Assembly (NCBI GenBank): GCA_052390615.1 | Contig: JBQTGT010000017.1 | Location: 70,536-134,535, forward strand | DNA from: Actinomycetota bacterium | Lineage (GTDB): Bacteria; Actinomycetota; Acidimicrobiia; IMCC26256; PALSA-610 | Direction: 5' to 3' | Length of the DNA: 64,000 bases | In this document: piece by piece, positions 52,251-62,214 of the stretch | How positions within the stretch are numbered: the stretch's first letter is position 1 | Layout: every line of letters starts with the position of its first letter | Translations under genes and position numbers: made by a program | Notes under the pieces: model-generated | Told to the model about the DNA's origin: nothing | Database searches by the model: none | What the model saw: only the letters and a program-made list of their open reading frames with translations

Positions 52251-52886
52251 ATGGCACTGCGCCTGGGTGACGAAGCCCCCGACTTCACAGCCGAGTCTAC
52301 CGACGGCACGATCAACTTGTACGACTACCTGGGTGAGGGCTGGGGCATCTTGTTCTCGCACCCGAAGGACTTCACGCCGGTCTGCACAACTGAGTTGGGC
52401 TACATGTCGAAGCTCAAGCCCGAGTTCGACAAGCGCAACGTGAAGGTGCTCGGCCTTTCGGTGGACCCGATCGACAGTCACCGCGGCTGGGTCGGCGACA
52501 TCGAGGAGACACAGGGCACAAAGCTCAATTTCCCTTTGATCGCCGACCCCGATCGCAAGGTTGCGGACCTGTACGACATGATCCACCCCAACGCGAGCGA
52601 CACGATGACGGTGCGTTCGGTGTTCATCATCGGCGCCGACAAGAAGGTGAAGCTGATCATCACGTACCCGGCGTCGACCGGCCGCGACTTCGACGAGATC
52701 TTGCGCGTCGTCGACTCGCTCCAGCTGACGGCGAATTACAGCGTGGCGACGCCGGTCAACTGGAAGGAAGGCGAGGACGTCATCATCGTCCCCGCGGTTT
52801 CCGACGAGGACGCCAAGGCCAAGTTCCCGAAGGGCTGGAAGGCACTCAAGCCGTACTTGCGCGTCACGCCGCAGCCCAACAAGTAG
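52251..52886 (+). CDS. Peroxiredoxin (1-Cys, Prx6-type)
   Basis: 211 aa. ..WGILFSHPKDFTPVCTTELG..VLGLSVD... Confidence 0.95.
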   Translation: MALRLGDEAPDFTAESTDGTINLYDYLGEGWGILFSHPKDFTPVCTTELGYMSKLKPEFDKRNVKVLGLSVDPIDSHRGWVGDIEETQGTKLNFPLIADPDRKVADLYDMIHPNASDTMTVRSVFIIGADKKVKLIITYPASTGRDFDEILRVVDSLQLTANYSVATPVNWKEGEDVIIVPAVSDEDAKAKFPKGWKALKPYLRVTPQPNK

Positions 52887-52894
52887 CGCTCTCT

Positions 52895-52937
52895 GTTTGT
52901 ACCTGGATGGCTGCCCCGCAGCCATCCAGGTACAAAC
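52895..52937. terminator. 20-bp perfect hairpin with a 3-nt loop between convergent genes
   Basis: gtttgtacctggatggctgc-ccc-gcagccatccaggtacaaac. Lies between the stops at 52886 (+) and 52941 (-). Confidence 0.6.
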
Positions 52938-52940
52938 GCT

Positions 52941-53609
52941 TCATTCGGACCGGATGTACTGCCAGCCGGTGTCGCGCAGGTAGAGCCGGTGACGAGGGCC
53001 CTCGGCTTCGAGCAGACCGCGGTCGGCATAGCCGACGTCTTCTTTGTAGATGCAGATCGCGCCGCCGCCTTCGAGAAACTGGAAGCGCGGCAAGAAGTCG
53101 TCCACCTCCGCCTGGCGGATCGCAGCGATCGCGTCGGCGGCGGTCGGGTGATCCTGCAGCTGGTACAGCGTCACCCACTGCGGCGGCGCCAGCTCGATCT
53201 CGCTCGCGTCGCGCGCGCCGAGCGCGTCGGCCGGGCGGAACCAGCGCACCTCTTCGGTCTCGCCGCCATCGGCGACTTCGTAGCCACCCGCAACCAACCC
53301 CGCGAAGAACCACGTCGCGAATCGTTTCGGCGCGATTTCGGGGGTCGTCCAGTTGGAGAGGTGCACCAGCGCGGCCGCGTCGACGTCGACTCCGGCTTCC
53401 TCCTTCGCCTCGCGGGCGGCGGCCCGCCGCGCCGCGCATTCGAGATCGGCGGGATCGTTGCCATAGTCCTCGGGATCGATGCGACCGCCGGGGAATACCC
53501 ATGCGCCGCCGTGGAACGCGAGCTGTGACGACCGACGCGCGAGTAGGACCTCGAGACCGGACTTGCCGTCACGCAACAGCACGACCGTCGCCGCGGGCGC
53601 CGCGTCGAC
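52941..53609 (-). CDS. NUDIX hydrolase
   Basis: ..GGAWVFPGGRIDPED..AAREAKEEAGV.. is a Nudix box with an extended spacer. The start is uncertain (GTG 53609 or TTG ~53660). Confidence 0.7.
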   Translation of the reverse strand, partial: VDAAPAATVVLLRDGKSGLEVLLARRSSQLAFHGGAWVFPGGRIDPEDYGNDPADLECAARRAAAREAKEEAGVDVDAAALVHLSNWTTPEIAPKRFATWFFAGLVAGGYEVADGGETEEVRWFRPADALGARDASEIELAPPQWVTLYQLQDHPTAADAIAAIRQAEVDDFLPRFQFLEGGGAICIYKEDVGYADRGLLEAEGPRHRLYLRDTGWQYIRSE

Positions 53610-53643
53610 GCCGCTCGGTTCCCCGCTCGCAGCCTTGCGCTGC

Positions 53644-55269
53644 TCAATCCAGTTGTTCAACCGTGAGGTCGCCCTTCTCGTGGGCTGCCCGCAGCACCTT
53701 CTTGTCGAACTTGCCGACCGATGTTTTCGGCACCTCGTCGACAAAGCTCCACCGCTCGGGCACCTGCCACTTTGCCACTCGCACACCGAGGAACCGCGCC
53801 AACTCGCCCGCGCCAACCTCGGAGCCGCTCCGGCGTACGACGCACGCCAGCGGACGCTCGTCCCAACGAGGGTCGGGCACGCCGATCACACTGGCCTCGA
53901 ACACATCCGGGTGCGCCATCAAGAGATTCTCGAGCTCGACCGAGCTGATCCACTCACCGCCGGACTTGATGACATCCTTGGCGCGGTCGGTGATCTGGAC
54001 GAAGCCAAGCGCGTTGACGCTCCCGACGTCGCCGGTGCGCAGCCAGCCGTCGTCGAACTTCTCCGGAGAGTCGTCCTCGTAGTACGCGCCGGTGATCCAC
54101 GGGCCGCGCACCTCGATCTCGCCCACCGCTTCGTCGTCCCACGGCAGCGCGTCGCCCCGGTCGTCGACAATACGCAGCTCGACACCGCCGACGATACGGC
54201 CGGTCTTCGAGCGCCAGTCCATCTCCTCCATCGATCCCGGCGCGATGGACGCGGGCGGGTGCGCGACCGCGGCGAGCGGCGAGGTCTCCGTCATTCCCCA
54301 TGCCTGAACGATGCGCACGCCGTACCTGTCCTCGAACTTCTCCATCAGCACGCGCGGCACCGCCGATCCACCGCAGATGATCATGCGCACCGAGGACAGG
54401 TCGATCTCGTTCTCCTCGCCGTAGCGGAAGATATCGGCCCAGATCGTCGGGACCGCGCCCGAGAACGTGACGCGCTCCTCCTTGACCATCCGAGTGAGCG
54501 GCTCCGCCTGCAGGAATCGGCTCGGCATCACGAGCGAGGCGCCGCTCAAGAACGCGGCGTACGGAAGTCCCCACGCGTTGGCGTGGAACATCGGGACGAT
54601 CGCGAGCACACGGTCGCGCTCGGACAGGCCCATCGCCGCCGGCGTCGTCGCCGCGAGCGAATGCAGATACGACGACCGGTGCGAGTATGCGACACCCTTC
54701 GGGTGCCCGGTGGTGCCCGACGTGTAACACATCGCGGCCGCGTGTTGTTCGTCGATCTCCGGGTAATCGAACCCCGGCGACTCCACGTCGAGAAGGTCGG
54801 CGTAGCGCAGGATCTCGACATCGCCGAGTGCCGACACGTCACCGTCGCCGACCACAACGAACTGCTCGACGGTCTTCAGCTCGTGTGCGACTTTCGCCAG
54901 AACAGGGACGAGCGAGTCGTCGACAATCACGATCTTGTCCTGCGCGTGATTGATGACGTACGCGAGCTGTTCGGGAAACAACCTGATGTTCAAGGTGTGC
55001 AGGACCGCGCCGATGCACGGGATCGCGAAGTACGCCTCGAGGTGTTCCTGGGTGTTCCAGCAGAATGTGGCGACGCGCTCGCTCGAGCGGATTCCGAGCT
55101 TCGTGAGCGCGGCCGCAAGGCGGTCGGCATTGTCAGCGACCTCCGCGAACGACGCGCGGCGCGCGCCGGCGTCGGTCCACGTGACGCATTCGCTCCCGCC
55201 GTACACGCGCCGGCCGTGACGCAAGATGGAGGTGATCGTGAGGGGGAAGTCCTGCATCGTGCTGGTCAT
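53644..55269 (-). CDS. Long-chain acyl-CoA synthetase (AMP-binding)
   Basis: Trimmed to MTSTMQDFPLTITSILRHG... Motifs YTSGTTGHPKG, ..WLRTGDVGSVNALGFVQITDRAKD.., ..GKFDKK... Confidence 0.9.
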   Translation of the reverse strand: MTSTMQDFPLTITSILRHGRRVYGGSECVTWTDAGARRASFAEVADNADRLAAALTKLGIRSSERVATFCWNTQEHLEAYFAIPCIGAVLHTLNIRLFPEQLAYVINHAQDKIVIVDDSLVPVLAKVAHELKTVEQFVVVGDGDVSALGDVEILRYADLLDVESPGFDYPEIDEQHAAAMCYTSGTTGHPKGVAYSHRSSYLHSLAATTPAAMGLSERDRVLAIVPMFHANAWGLPYAAFLSGASLVMPSRFLQAEPLTRMVKEERVTFSGAVPTIWADIFRYGEENEIDLSSVRMIICGGSAVPRVLMEKFEDRYGVRIVQAWGMTETSPLAAVAHPPASIAPGSMEEMDWRSKTGRIVGGVELRIVDDRGDALPWDDEAVGEIEVRGPWITGAYYEDDSPEKFDDGWLRTGDVGSVNALGFVQITDRAKDVIKSGGEWISSVELENLLMAHPDVFEASVIGVPDPRWDERPLACVVRRSGSEVGAGELARFLGVRVAKWQVPERWSFVDEVPKTSVGKFDKKVLRAAHEKGDLTVEQLD

Positions 55270-55461
55270 GTCAACGGCTCCTCGACGGTTCCAAATGCCC
55301 GGTGCATAGGTTCGCTGCGCCAGCCCGGTTGGATCATGGACCGAGCGTAGGCGCCGCGTCCTGACGGGTTCCACCGACCTCGACGCCGCGCTGGCGCAGG
55401 GAAGCGCGCGTTGCGCCGCGATTCCAGCAGGTCGTCGTCGTGAAGTCACGCCACGTCGACG

Positions 55462-56499
55462 TCACCAGCCGAGTATCGCCCCGAGGATCATCCCCACAAC
55501 GAGCAGGCCGCCGGCGCGGCGCGTGACGAGGAACGACGCGGCCGCGAACCACAACGGCCAGACCGGGTTGGGGACCGGCGAGACCTCCGGCTTCGGTCGC
55601 GAGTACGCCTGCCACGTCTTCACCAGAATGGGCAGTGAGAGCGCGACGAGCAATGACGCGATCGGCAGCACCTGAGCGATCACCAGCGCGATCACCGAGA
55701 CGTAGAAGCCGACGAACATCGCTTGGGTCAGACGCCGCGCGCGCGAGTCGCCGAGGAGCACGGGGAGCGTATGCGTGCCGTCGGGCGCGTCCCACGGGAT
55801 CTTGTCGATGTGCTTGCCCATGAGCACGGTCGTGCAGAGGAGCGCGTACGGCAGCGACGCGAGGATCACGGCGCCGGGGATCTCGCCGGTCGCGGCGTAG
55901 TAGGTGCCGCCGACCATCAACGGTCCCCACACGACGAGGACTGTCGGCTCGCCGAGGCCGTGCTTCTTCAGGCGGAGCGGCGGCGCGGTGTACGCGGCCG
56001 ACAGGAGGAACCCGCCCAGCGCGAACCCGACGATCGCCCAGCCCCGCGCTACCGTGAGAACGATCATGATCGCCAGACAGATGGCGTTGACGATCAGCGC
56101 GTAGGTGGCGAGCTGGCGGCGCGTCACCAAGCCGGCCAAGACCGGGTGCGGCGAATAGAGATTGCGCGGGTACTGCTTGGTGTCGGTACCGACCTGGAGG
56201 TCGAACAGGTCGTTCATGAGGTTGTTCGCCATGTGCGCGCCGACGATGCCCGCGGCCGACAGCGCCAACCAAACCCACGCGATGTCGGCGTCGCGGAACG
56301 CGGCGAGCAGCCCCGCGAGCGCGGCCGCGACGAGCGTCATAGGGAGGACGCCCGCGCGCGTCAAGTACAGCCACTTCGAGACAGGATCCATGCGGCCCCG
56401 GGGCGGGTTCGTCGTCGCGAGCACGTGGCGCCAGTTGTGCCAGACGCTGTCGCGCCGAACATCCGGGGTCGTCGTACCCGGGGTGGTGGTCGTCGTCAT
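55462..56499 (-). CDS. UbiA family prenyltransferase
   Basis: 345 aa, polytopic. Asp-rich NNLMNDLFD motif. Confidence 0.8.
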   Translation of the reverse strand: MTTTTTPGTTTPDVRRDSVWHNWRHVLATTNPPRGRMDPVSKWLYLTRAGVLPMTLVAAALAGLLAAFRDADIAWVWLALSAAGIVGAHMANNLMNDLFDLQVGTDTKQYPRNLYSPHPVLAGLVTRRQLATYALIVNAICLAIMIVLTVARGWAIVGFALGGFLLSAAYTAPPLRLKKHGLGEPTVLVVWGPLMVGGTYYAATGEIPGAVILASLPYALLCTTVLMGKHIDKIPWDAPDGTHTLPVLLGDSRARRLTQAMFVGFYVSVIALVIAQVLPIASLLVALSLPILVKTWQAYSRPKPEVSPVPNPVWPLWFAAASFLVTRRAGGLLVVGMILGAILGW

Positions 56500-56537
56500 G
56501 CCCGCAACATTACGGCGAGCGTGACGAGAATGACGAC

Positions 56538-57116
56538 GTGCGGAGATTTTCGGCTCGAAGTGCGGCGCTCGGTGGGATCGTGGGACCGGTCGGGTTCGTC
56601 GCTGCCTGGGCGATCGCGGGCGTGCTCGCCGAGGACTCCTCCCCCGTCGACGACGCGATCAGCCGGTTGGCGGCGGTCGACGCCTCGACCCGTGTGCTGA
56701 TGACCGCGGGGTTCGTTGCGTTCGGACTTGGTGTGCCGCTGTACGCATGGGCGCTGCGCGCGTCGGGTTCGGGCCACGCATGGGTGACGGCGACGATCGC
56801 GGGGCTGACGACGCTCGGCGTCGCGGTGACGCCGCTCGATTGGTCGGAGCCCGTCGACACGATCCACGGGCTACTCGCGGGCACGGGGTATATCGCGCTC
56901 GCGCTGACACCGATCCTCGCGTCTCGTCCGCTCCGAGACGCGGGCAAGGCACGCGCGGCGACGGCGAGTGTCGCGATCGGTATCGTCGCCGGCGCATGTC
57001 TCGCGCTAACTGCCGTGAGCGACGCTAACGGGCTGTTCCAGCGGGTCGGGCTGACCCTCTGCGACGTGTGGATCGTCGCCAGTACCCGCTACGTGCGCCA
57101 GGTGGGCGGCGTGTGA
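56538..57116 (+). CDS. DUF998-like membrane protein
   Basis: 192 aa with ~6 hydrophobic segments. ..SPVDDAISRLAA.. is typical of DUF998. Confidence 0.65.
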   Translation: MRRFSARSAALGGIVGPVGFVAAWAIAGVLAEDSSPVDDAISRLAAVDASTRVLMTAGFVAFGLGVPLYAWALRASGSGHAWVTATIAGLTTLGVAVTPLDWSEPVDTIHGLLAGTGYIALALTPILASRPLRDAGKARAATASVAIGIVAGACLALTAVSDANGLFQRVGLTLCDVWIVASTRYVRQVGGV

Positions 57117-57319
57117 CCAACGGCACAGCGACTCACGGGGGCTCCACAGCAACCTCCCGGGAACGGCTCAGGCGCGCTTCCGTTATCACCGCATGTACCT
57201 CGACGGAAACCTCGACTTCAGGATCATCTCGATGCGGGTGGTGGAAGACAAGCGCCCGCGCCGACGGCTGCGCTGGGGGCGCCCTCGGCGGCAACTCGGC
57301 GTCGAATAGCCCTTGCGGT

Positions 57320-57868
57320 TCAGCCGCCGTAGTTCATGCGCGTGTCTTCCATTCGCAGCACCGGTGTTTCCTCGTCCTTCAGGAACGCAGCGTTCACGAC
57401 CGCGCCGAGGAACAGCGTGTGGTTGCCGATCTCCACCGGCTGGCGAACATCACATTCGACGTACCCGACCGACTGCGCGAGCACCGGCGCGCCGGTTGCC
57501 GGTCCGTCGAAATAGGCGAAACCATTGAGCGTGCGCGCGTCGAGGTCAAACTCGACCGGCTTCGTGAACTTGCGGACGATCGCGCGGTCGTCTCGGTCGA
57601 TCAGGCACAGCGCGAAGACACCGCTCGCTCTGATTAGCTCGTGGGTCAACGCGTCCTTCTCGACTCCTATTCCGAGCCACTTCGGATCGAACGACACCTG
57701 CGTCGCCCAGCTCAACGTCATCCCGTTGCGGCGCTGACCTCTATCGGTCGATCCGACGACGTAGAGCCCCGACGGCATCTTCCACAACACCCGGCGACGC
57801 AACCGGTCGAACTCGTCGGCGTCCGCGTCCGCGGGAAACGGCGGGACCGGTCCTTCTTTCATGGGCAT
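57320..57868 (-). CDS. Flavin reductase-like FMN-binding protein
   Basis: Trimmed to MPMKEGPVPP... ..MPSGLYVVGSTDRGQRRNGMTLSWATQVSFDP... Confidence 0.8.
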   Translation of the reverse strand: MPMKEGPVPPFPADADADEFDRLRRRVLWKMPSGLYVVGSTDRGQRRNGMTLSWATQVSFDPKWLGIGVEKDALTHELIRASGVFALCLIDRDDRAIVRKFTKPVEFDLDARTLNGFAYFDGPATGAPVLAQSVGYVECDVRQPVEIGNHTLFLGAVVNAAFLKDEETPVLRMEDTRMNYGG

Positions 57869-57979
57869 GCGAGCAGCGTACGCGCGATGAGCGTTCGTAC
57901 TTTGTGCGAGATCGGTCGAATTCCGCACGATCTCGCACCGAGAAGCTCAACCCTACCGCGGTGCCGTCGATCGGGTCGC

Positions 57980-58189
57980 GTGCGTCTGAACCGAAGAGTG
58001 CTGCTGGCAGTCGGCCTCCTCACGTTGAGCGCGTGCGGCGGTAGCGGGGACGATGACGCCACGGAAGAGCCGGAAACCGAACCCGATGCCTCGAGCGATG
58101 TCGCCGACACGACTCCTGCCACAGCGACCGAGGCACCGAGCGAAACCCCAACCGAACCCGCGCCGACCGAGAGCGTCGCATGGGAGTAG
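57980..58189 (+). CDS. Lipoprotein signal peptide plus acidic Thr/Pro linker, ending at an in-frame TAG (small lipoprotein or 5' fragment)
   Basis: GTG start, then RLNRRVLLAVGLLTLSA-C lipobox followed by GGSGDDDATEEPETEPD..TPTEPAPTESVAWE*. Confidence 0.5.
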   Translation: MRLNRRVLLAVGLLTLSACGGSGDDDATEEPETEPDASSDVADTTPATATEAPSETPTEPAPTESVAWE

Positions 58190-58298
58190 AACGGCTCCGC
58201 GTGGGCAGCGATGGGTGACGCACCCGACTGCCCCGACCCGGTCACGCTCGCGCCGCCCGCGGATCTGCCGCTCGCGACCGCGACCCTCTCTCCGGCAG

Positions 58299-58844
58299 GT
58301 GCGCGGCGGTGACTACAAACCCCACGGCGGCTTCCTGTTTGCAGGCCAGCCGAACGACGCCGTGAGCGTCTCGACACCCATGGATGCAACCCTCATGCGC
58401 GGCAGCCGGTACATCGAGCAGGGCGAAGTGCAATACATGTTCGACTTCGTCAGCTCCTGCGGCATCATGTTCCGGTTCGACCACCTCCTGACGCTCACGT
58501 CCGAGTTCGAGGCGTACGCCGGCCAACTGCCGGAGCCCATGGTCGACGACTCGCGCACGAACCAGCTGCCGAACGATCCGATAGCAGCGGGAACCGCGGT
58601 CGCGACCGCGGTCGGCTTCGCCGACGCGGGCAACACATTCTTCGACTTCGGCGTCTACGACCTGCGCGCGCAGAACGCCGCATGGCAGGACTCGGCGTTC
58701 GCGAGCCAGTACGCCGGTGAGATCGAGCAGGCCGCGCACGCGGTGTGCTGGTTCGACCTGCTCGAAGTCGAGAGCGCCGCGCTCGTCCGGAGCCTCCCCC
58801 CTGGCGATCAATCCGCGGGAGCGACGAGCGCGTACTGCTCCTAG
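58299..58844 (+). CDS. Hypothetical globular protein (possible 3' part of the lipoprotein gene)
   Basis: Frame of ORF 58053. The protein-like part starts around (V)RGGDYKPHGGFLFAGQPNDAVSV... GTG 58299 is the first plausible start. No family recognised. Confidence 0.5.
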   Translation: MRGGDYKPHGGFLFAGQPNDAVSVSTPMDATLMRGSRYIEQGEVQYMFDFVSSCGIMFRFDHLLTLTSEFEAYAGQLPEPMVDDSRTNQLPNDPIAAGTAVATAVGFADAGNTFFDFGVYDLRAQNAAWQDSAFASQYAGEIEQAAHAVCWFDLLEVESAALVRSLPPGDQSAGATSAYCS

Positions 58845-58918
58845 CGTCTCCCCGGCTCGCGGGCCTACGCTCGCCCGTCCGCGTGCGCGAGCGTCGTGTT
58901 CCGCGGTTTGGGGGAACC

Positions 58919-59323
58919 ATGGCCGAACACCCGAACGTCGCCCGAGTCCGCGACGCGTACGCCGCGTTCGCGAAGGGCGATCTCGACACTGCCCTCGCCG
59001 ATCTGGCGAAGAATGCGGTGTTCCACTTCCGGGGCGAGGGCCCGCTCAGCGGCGACGCCGAGGGCGTCGACGCGATCAGCAAGTCACTCATCGGAGGCTT
59101 CGAGCTGACCGGCGGTTCGCAGGTCCTCGACATCAAGGGCATCTACGCCGACGACGAACACGCCGTTGTCGTGCTGCACGAGACCGCGACCCGCACCGAC
59201 GGCGCGACCCTCGCGGTCGACGAGGTCCATGTGCTGAAGTTCGACGCGGCCGGCAAGATCACCGATCTCTGGGATCTGCCCGCGGATCCGAACCTGCACG
59301 ACACGTTCTTCGACGGCCGCTAG
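58919..59323 (+). CDS. SnoaL-like / NTF2 family protein
   Basis: Trimmed to MAEHPNVARVRDAYAAFAKGDLDTALADLAKNAVFHF... Confidence 0.8.
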   Translation: MAEHPNVARVRDAYAAFAKGDLDTALADLAKNAVFHFRGEGPLSGDAEGVDAISKSLIGGFELTGGSQVLDIKGIYADDEHAVVVLHETATRTDGATLAVDEVHVLKFDAAGKITDLWDLPADPNLHDTFFDGR

Positions 59324-59337
59324 TAGGCCCCGCTGCT

Positions 59338-59390
59338 CCGAACTGGCGTGACAGAAGCGCGGCTGGCGCGCCTTTGTCACGCCGGTTCGG
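59338..59390. repeat. Structured repeat family B, copy 2
   Basis: ccgaactggcgtgac..gtcacgccggttcgg. The single stem change relative to copy 1 gives a G-U pair in RNA. Lies between the convergent stops at 59323 (+) and 59397 (-). Confidence 0.7.
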
Positions 59391-59396
59391 CTGGGG

Positions 59397-62204
59397 CTAG
59401 TCGATCACGCGCAGCGTCGCGGCGGGCGTCAGCCGTGACGCAGAGTACGCGGGCAACAGCGCGGCGATAATCGCGGCCGTGACAGTTCCGCCGATGACAA
59501 CAGCGAGCGGCACCACCGGCAGCACCCACGGAAACCCGTCGGCAATAGCAGAGTTCGCGTCGATCGACACGATCACGGCCAAGACCGTGCCGACACCGAC
59601 GCCGAGCAGCGCGACGAACCCGGCTTCGAGGAGGACCGCGAGCCGCGCCGTACGCGCCCGTAGGCCGACGCTGCGCAACATTCCGAATTCGCGTCTTCGA
59701 TCCCGTACCGATCGCGCCATGACGACCGCCAACCCCGCGATCCCGGTTACGAGCGCGGTCGCTTGGGTCGCTTGCAGCGCGCGCACGAACATCGACCATA
59801 CACCGTTCATGCGATCGATCGCATCCGATATTCGCTCGACCTCGACACCATGCGCGCGCAGTTCGACCGGCAGGTCGGCGACGAGCGAACCGACGTCGCC
59901 GTCGGCCGCAGCCAAGAAGTGCACATTCGGCACGAGCGACGGTCCGAAGAAGTCCTGCGCGCCGTCGCTCCCGTAGAACACGCCGAGTCGCAGGTAGTCC
60001 CAGTGGCGCAACGCCGCAATCGTGACCGTGCGACGCTCGCCGGTTGTCGGGTTCTCGATCACGAGCTGGTCGCCCACTTCGAGCTGATCGCTCGTGCGCG
60101 GCACGAGCGGTTGGAGCAACGTGCTCGTCACGATGACGAGATCGGGATCGCTCACGACGGCTCGGTACGCGGCCTCGTCGGTGGCATATCTCCCGCGGTC
60201 TCGCAATCGCGGCGCGCCACCATCGATCAGTCGCTCGTCGAACGAGCTCAGTCGGCGCGCGGCGTCGCGAGTCCTGCCGCCCGACACGCGAACCGGTTGC
60301 GTCGCGAGTGGCGCCGCCGCAACAACTCGCGCATCGGTGTCGAATACGCCCTCCGGCAGCGGTGCCGCCGTGCTCGACCGGAGGAGCGCGTCAAAACCGC
60401 CGCGCGCGTACTCCGTTCCGAGCGCGTCCTGGGAGCCGAATTCCTCCGCCGCGATCACCGCGAACGCGACCGTAAACGAGACGAGTGCGAACGTCCCGAT
60501 CATGACGCCGGTCCGTACGGGGTGGGCTGCCGGAGAGGAGAACGCGATGCGTGCCGCTGCCGAGCTGGGACGTACGCGCTGCACCAACGCTCCGAGCTCC
60601 ACCTGCCAAAACGACACGAGCACGACCGCGAGGCTCGTTAGGACGAGCCCTTGCACACCGAAGATCTGCGCGTCGGGGATCACACCAGCGTCGTTGATGA
60701 GCGGCACTGCGGCGGCCGTCCACACCATCGCCGCGCCCGAGACGACGGACATCGCTGTCCGACGCGAGAATCTCGTTGCGAGAGCCGGCTCCAACGCAAC
60801 GATCGCGACCGCGGGCGCGAGCAGCACGCCCCACGGTTCCGTGGCCGCGATGCTCACGATCCCCACCACCGCCGCCACCGCGCTGACCACGAGACCAACC
60901 GCAACCCAAGCGCGCGCTCGTGTTCGCACCGGCGTCGCGTGTGAGGTTTCGCCGCGAATCGCGCCCACGATGTTGCGGCGGGCGACGTGCGCACCCGTCG
61001 CGACGACAGTCGCCAGCGAGACCGCCAACCCGACCGTGAGACCGAGCACCACGGGTTGGGGCGCCGCATCGTACACGACCCGTACCGAACCGGAGCCGAC
61101 ACCCTCGTCGAAGTACCGGCCGAGAACCCCGATCGCGACGCGCGCGAAACCCATCCCGAGCACGGCGCCGACGACCGCGGCCGCCGCGCAATAGCACCAA
61201 CCTTCGAGCGCGAACACCGCGACCAACGTTCGGCGTCGCATTCCCACCGCACGCATCACCGCCAGCTCGCGCGACCGCTCCTCCGCCAACATCAACACGA
61301 TGCTCGACAACAGGAGCAGGCCGGCCGCGACCCCGAAGATCGCGCCGTTCTGGAACTGTTGCGACATAACCGTGCTTTCCTTCTCGGCAGTATCGAGCAC
61401 GGCTTGCTTCGCGGCGAGCCTCCCGACCGGGAGCCCCTCGAGATGATCGTCGAGCAATGCCATGACCGCCGCGCTCAAGTCGGCGCCGCCTTCGGCGTCG
61501 CCCTCGTTCGATATGGCGAACACGTGGCGTGCACCTTCGGCCGCCAGCGTCCCGGGAGGCACGATGATGTTGCGCGTGGCGGCTTCGATCTCGAGCCCGA
61601 GACCTGCGATGCCGCGCGCGGCGACGATTGCGCCGACCCGCAGCTCGCGAGGTTCGCCGGCGACGAGCACGCGTACCGTATCCCCCACCCCGACGTCGAG
61701 CAGGCGCGCAACCTCGTCGACGAGTACAGCTGTGTCCGGTTCCGCGCGCACGCCGCGCAGACCGGACGAGTCAACATCGTCACCGAACTCACGCGCGCGG
61801 TCGATGTCGACCTCGACGACCTGCACTCGCGGCACGATCGCCGACGAATCCGATCCCGCGTCGACGGCGGACTCGGCGAGCAACAGGGCCAACTGGCCGT
61901 CGACGAGCTCGTCATCGAGCACGGCGAGACGTTCCGCGACACGAGCGGCCACCGCACGATCGTCGGTCACGACGACCTCGTCGATCGGACCGAGGCGCGC
62001 CGCCGCGAGGTCGCGCAGCGACGTCTCGAAGCTATGACCCACGACGAACGCCGCCGTGAACATGGCGGTTCCGAGCGCGGCGCCGAGCACGACGAGCAAC
62101 GACTCGCGGGGCCGGCGAACGGCGTTGCGAATGGCGAGGCGACGCAGCACCGGCCTGGTGGCAAGCGCCGCCGCGAACAGCAGGGTGAGGACGAGGACCG
62201 GCAC
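59397..62204 (-). CDS. ABC transporter permease with two FtsX/MacB-type domains
   Basis: 935 aa. Two blocks of 4 TM helices, each preceded by a large extracytoplasmic region. FtsX-like ..RRREFGMLRSVGLR.. and ..RSRELAVMRAVGMR... Confidence 0.85.
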   Translation of the reverse strand: MPVLVLTLLFAAALATRPVLRRLAIRNAVRRPRESLLVVLGAALGTAMFTAAFVVGHSFETSLRDLAAARLGPIDEVVVTDDRAVAARVAERLAVLDDELVDGQLALLLAESAVDAGSDSSAIVPRVQVVEVDIDRAREFGDDVDSSGLRGVRAEPDTAVLVDEVARLLDVGVGDTVRVLVAGEPRELRVGAIVAARGIAGLGLEIEAATRNIIVPPGTLAAEGARHVFAISNEGDAEGGADLSAAVMALLDDHLEGLPVGRLAAKQAVLDTAEKESTVMSQQFQNGAIFGVAAGLLLLSSIVLMLAEERSRELAVMRAVGMRRRTLVAVFALEGWCYCAAAAVVGAVLGMGFARVAIGVLGRYFDEGVGSGSVRVVYDAAPQPVVLGLTVGLAVSLATVVATGAHVARRNIVGAIRGETSHATPVRTRARAWVAVGLVVSAVAAVVGIVSIAATEPWGVLLAPAVAIVALEPALATRFSRRTAMSVVSGAAMVWTAAAVPLINDAGVIPDAQIFGVQGLVLTSLAVVLVSFWQVELGALVQRVRPSSAAARIAFSSPAAHPVRTGVMIGTFALVSFTVAFAVIAAEEFGSQDALGTEYARGGFDALLRSSTAAPLPEGVFDTDARVVAAAPLATQPVRVSGGRTRDAARRLSSFDERLIDGGAPRLRDRGRYATDEAAYRAVVSDPDLVIVTSTLLQPLVPRTSDQLEVGDQLVIENPTTGERRTVTIAALRHWDYLRLGVFYGSDGAQDFFGPSLVPNVHFLAAADGDVGSLVADLPVELRAHGVEVERISDAIDRMNGVWSMFVRALQATQATALVTGIAGLAVVMARSVRDRRREFGMLRSVGLRARTARLAVLLEAGFVALLGVGVGTVLAVIVSIDANSAIADGFPWVLPVVPLAVVIGGTVTAAIIAALLPAYSASRLTPAATLRVID

Positions 62205-62214
62205 TGTTGTCCGA

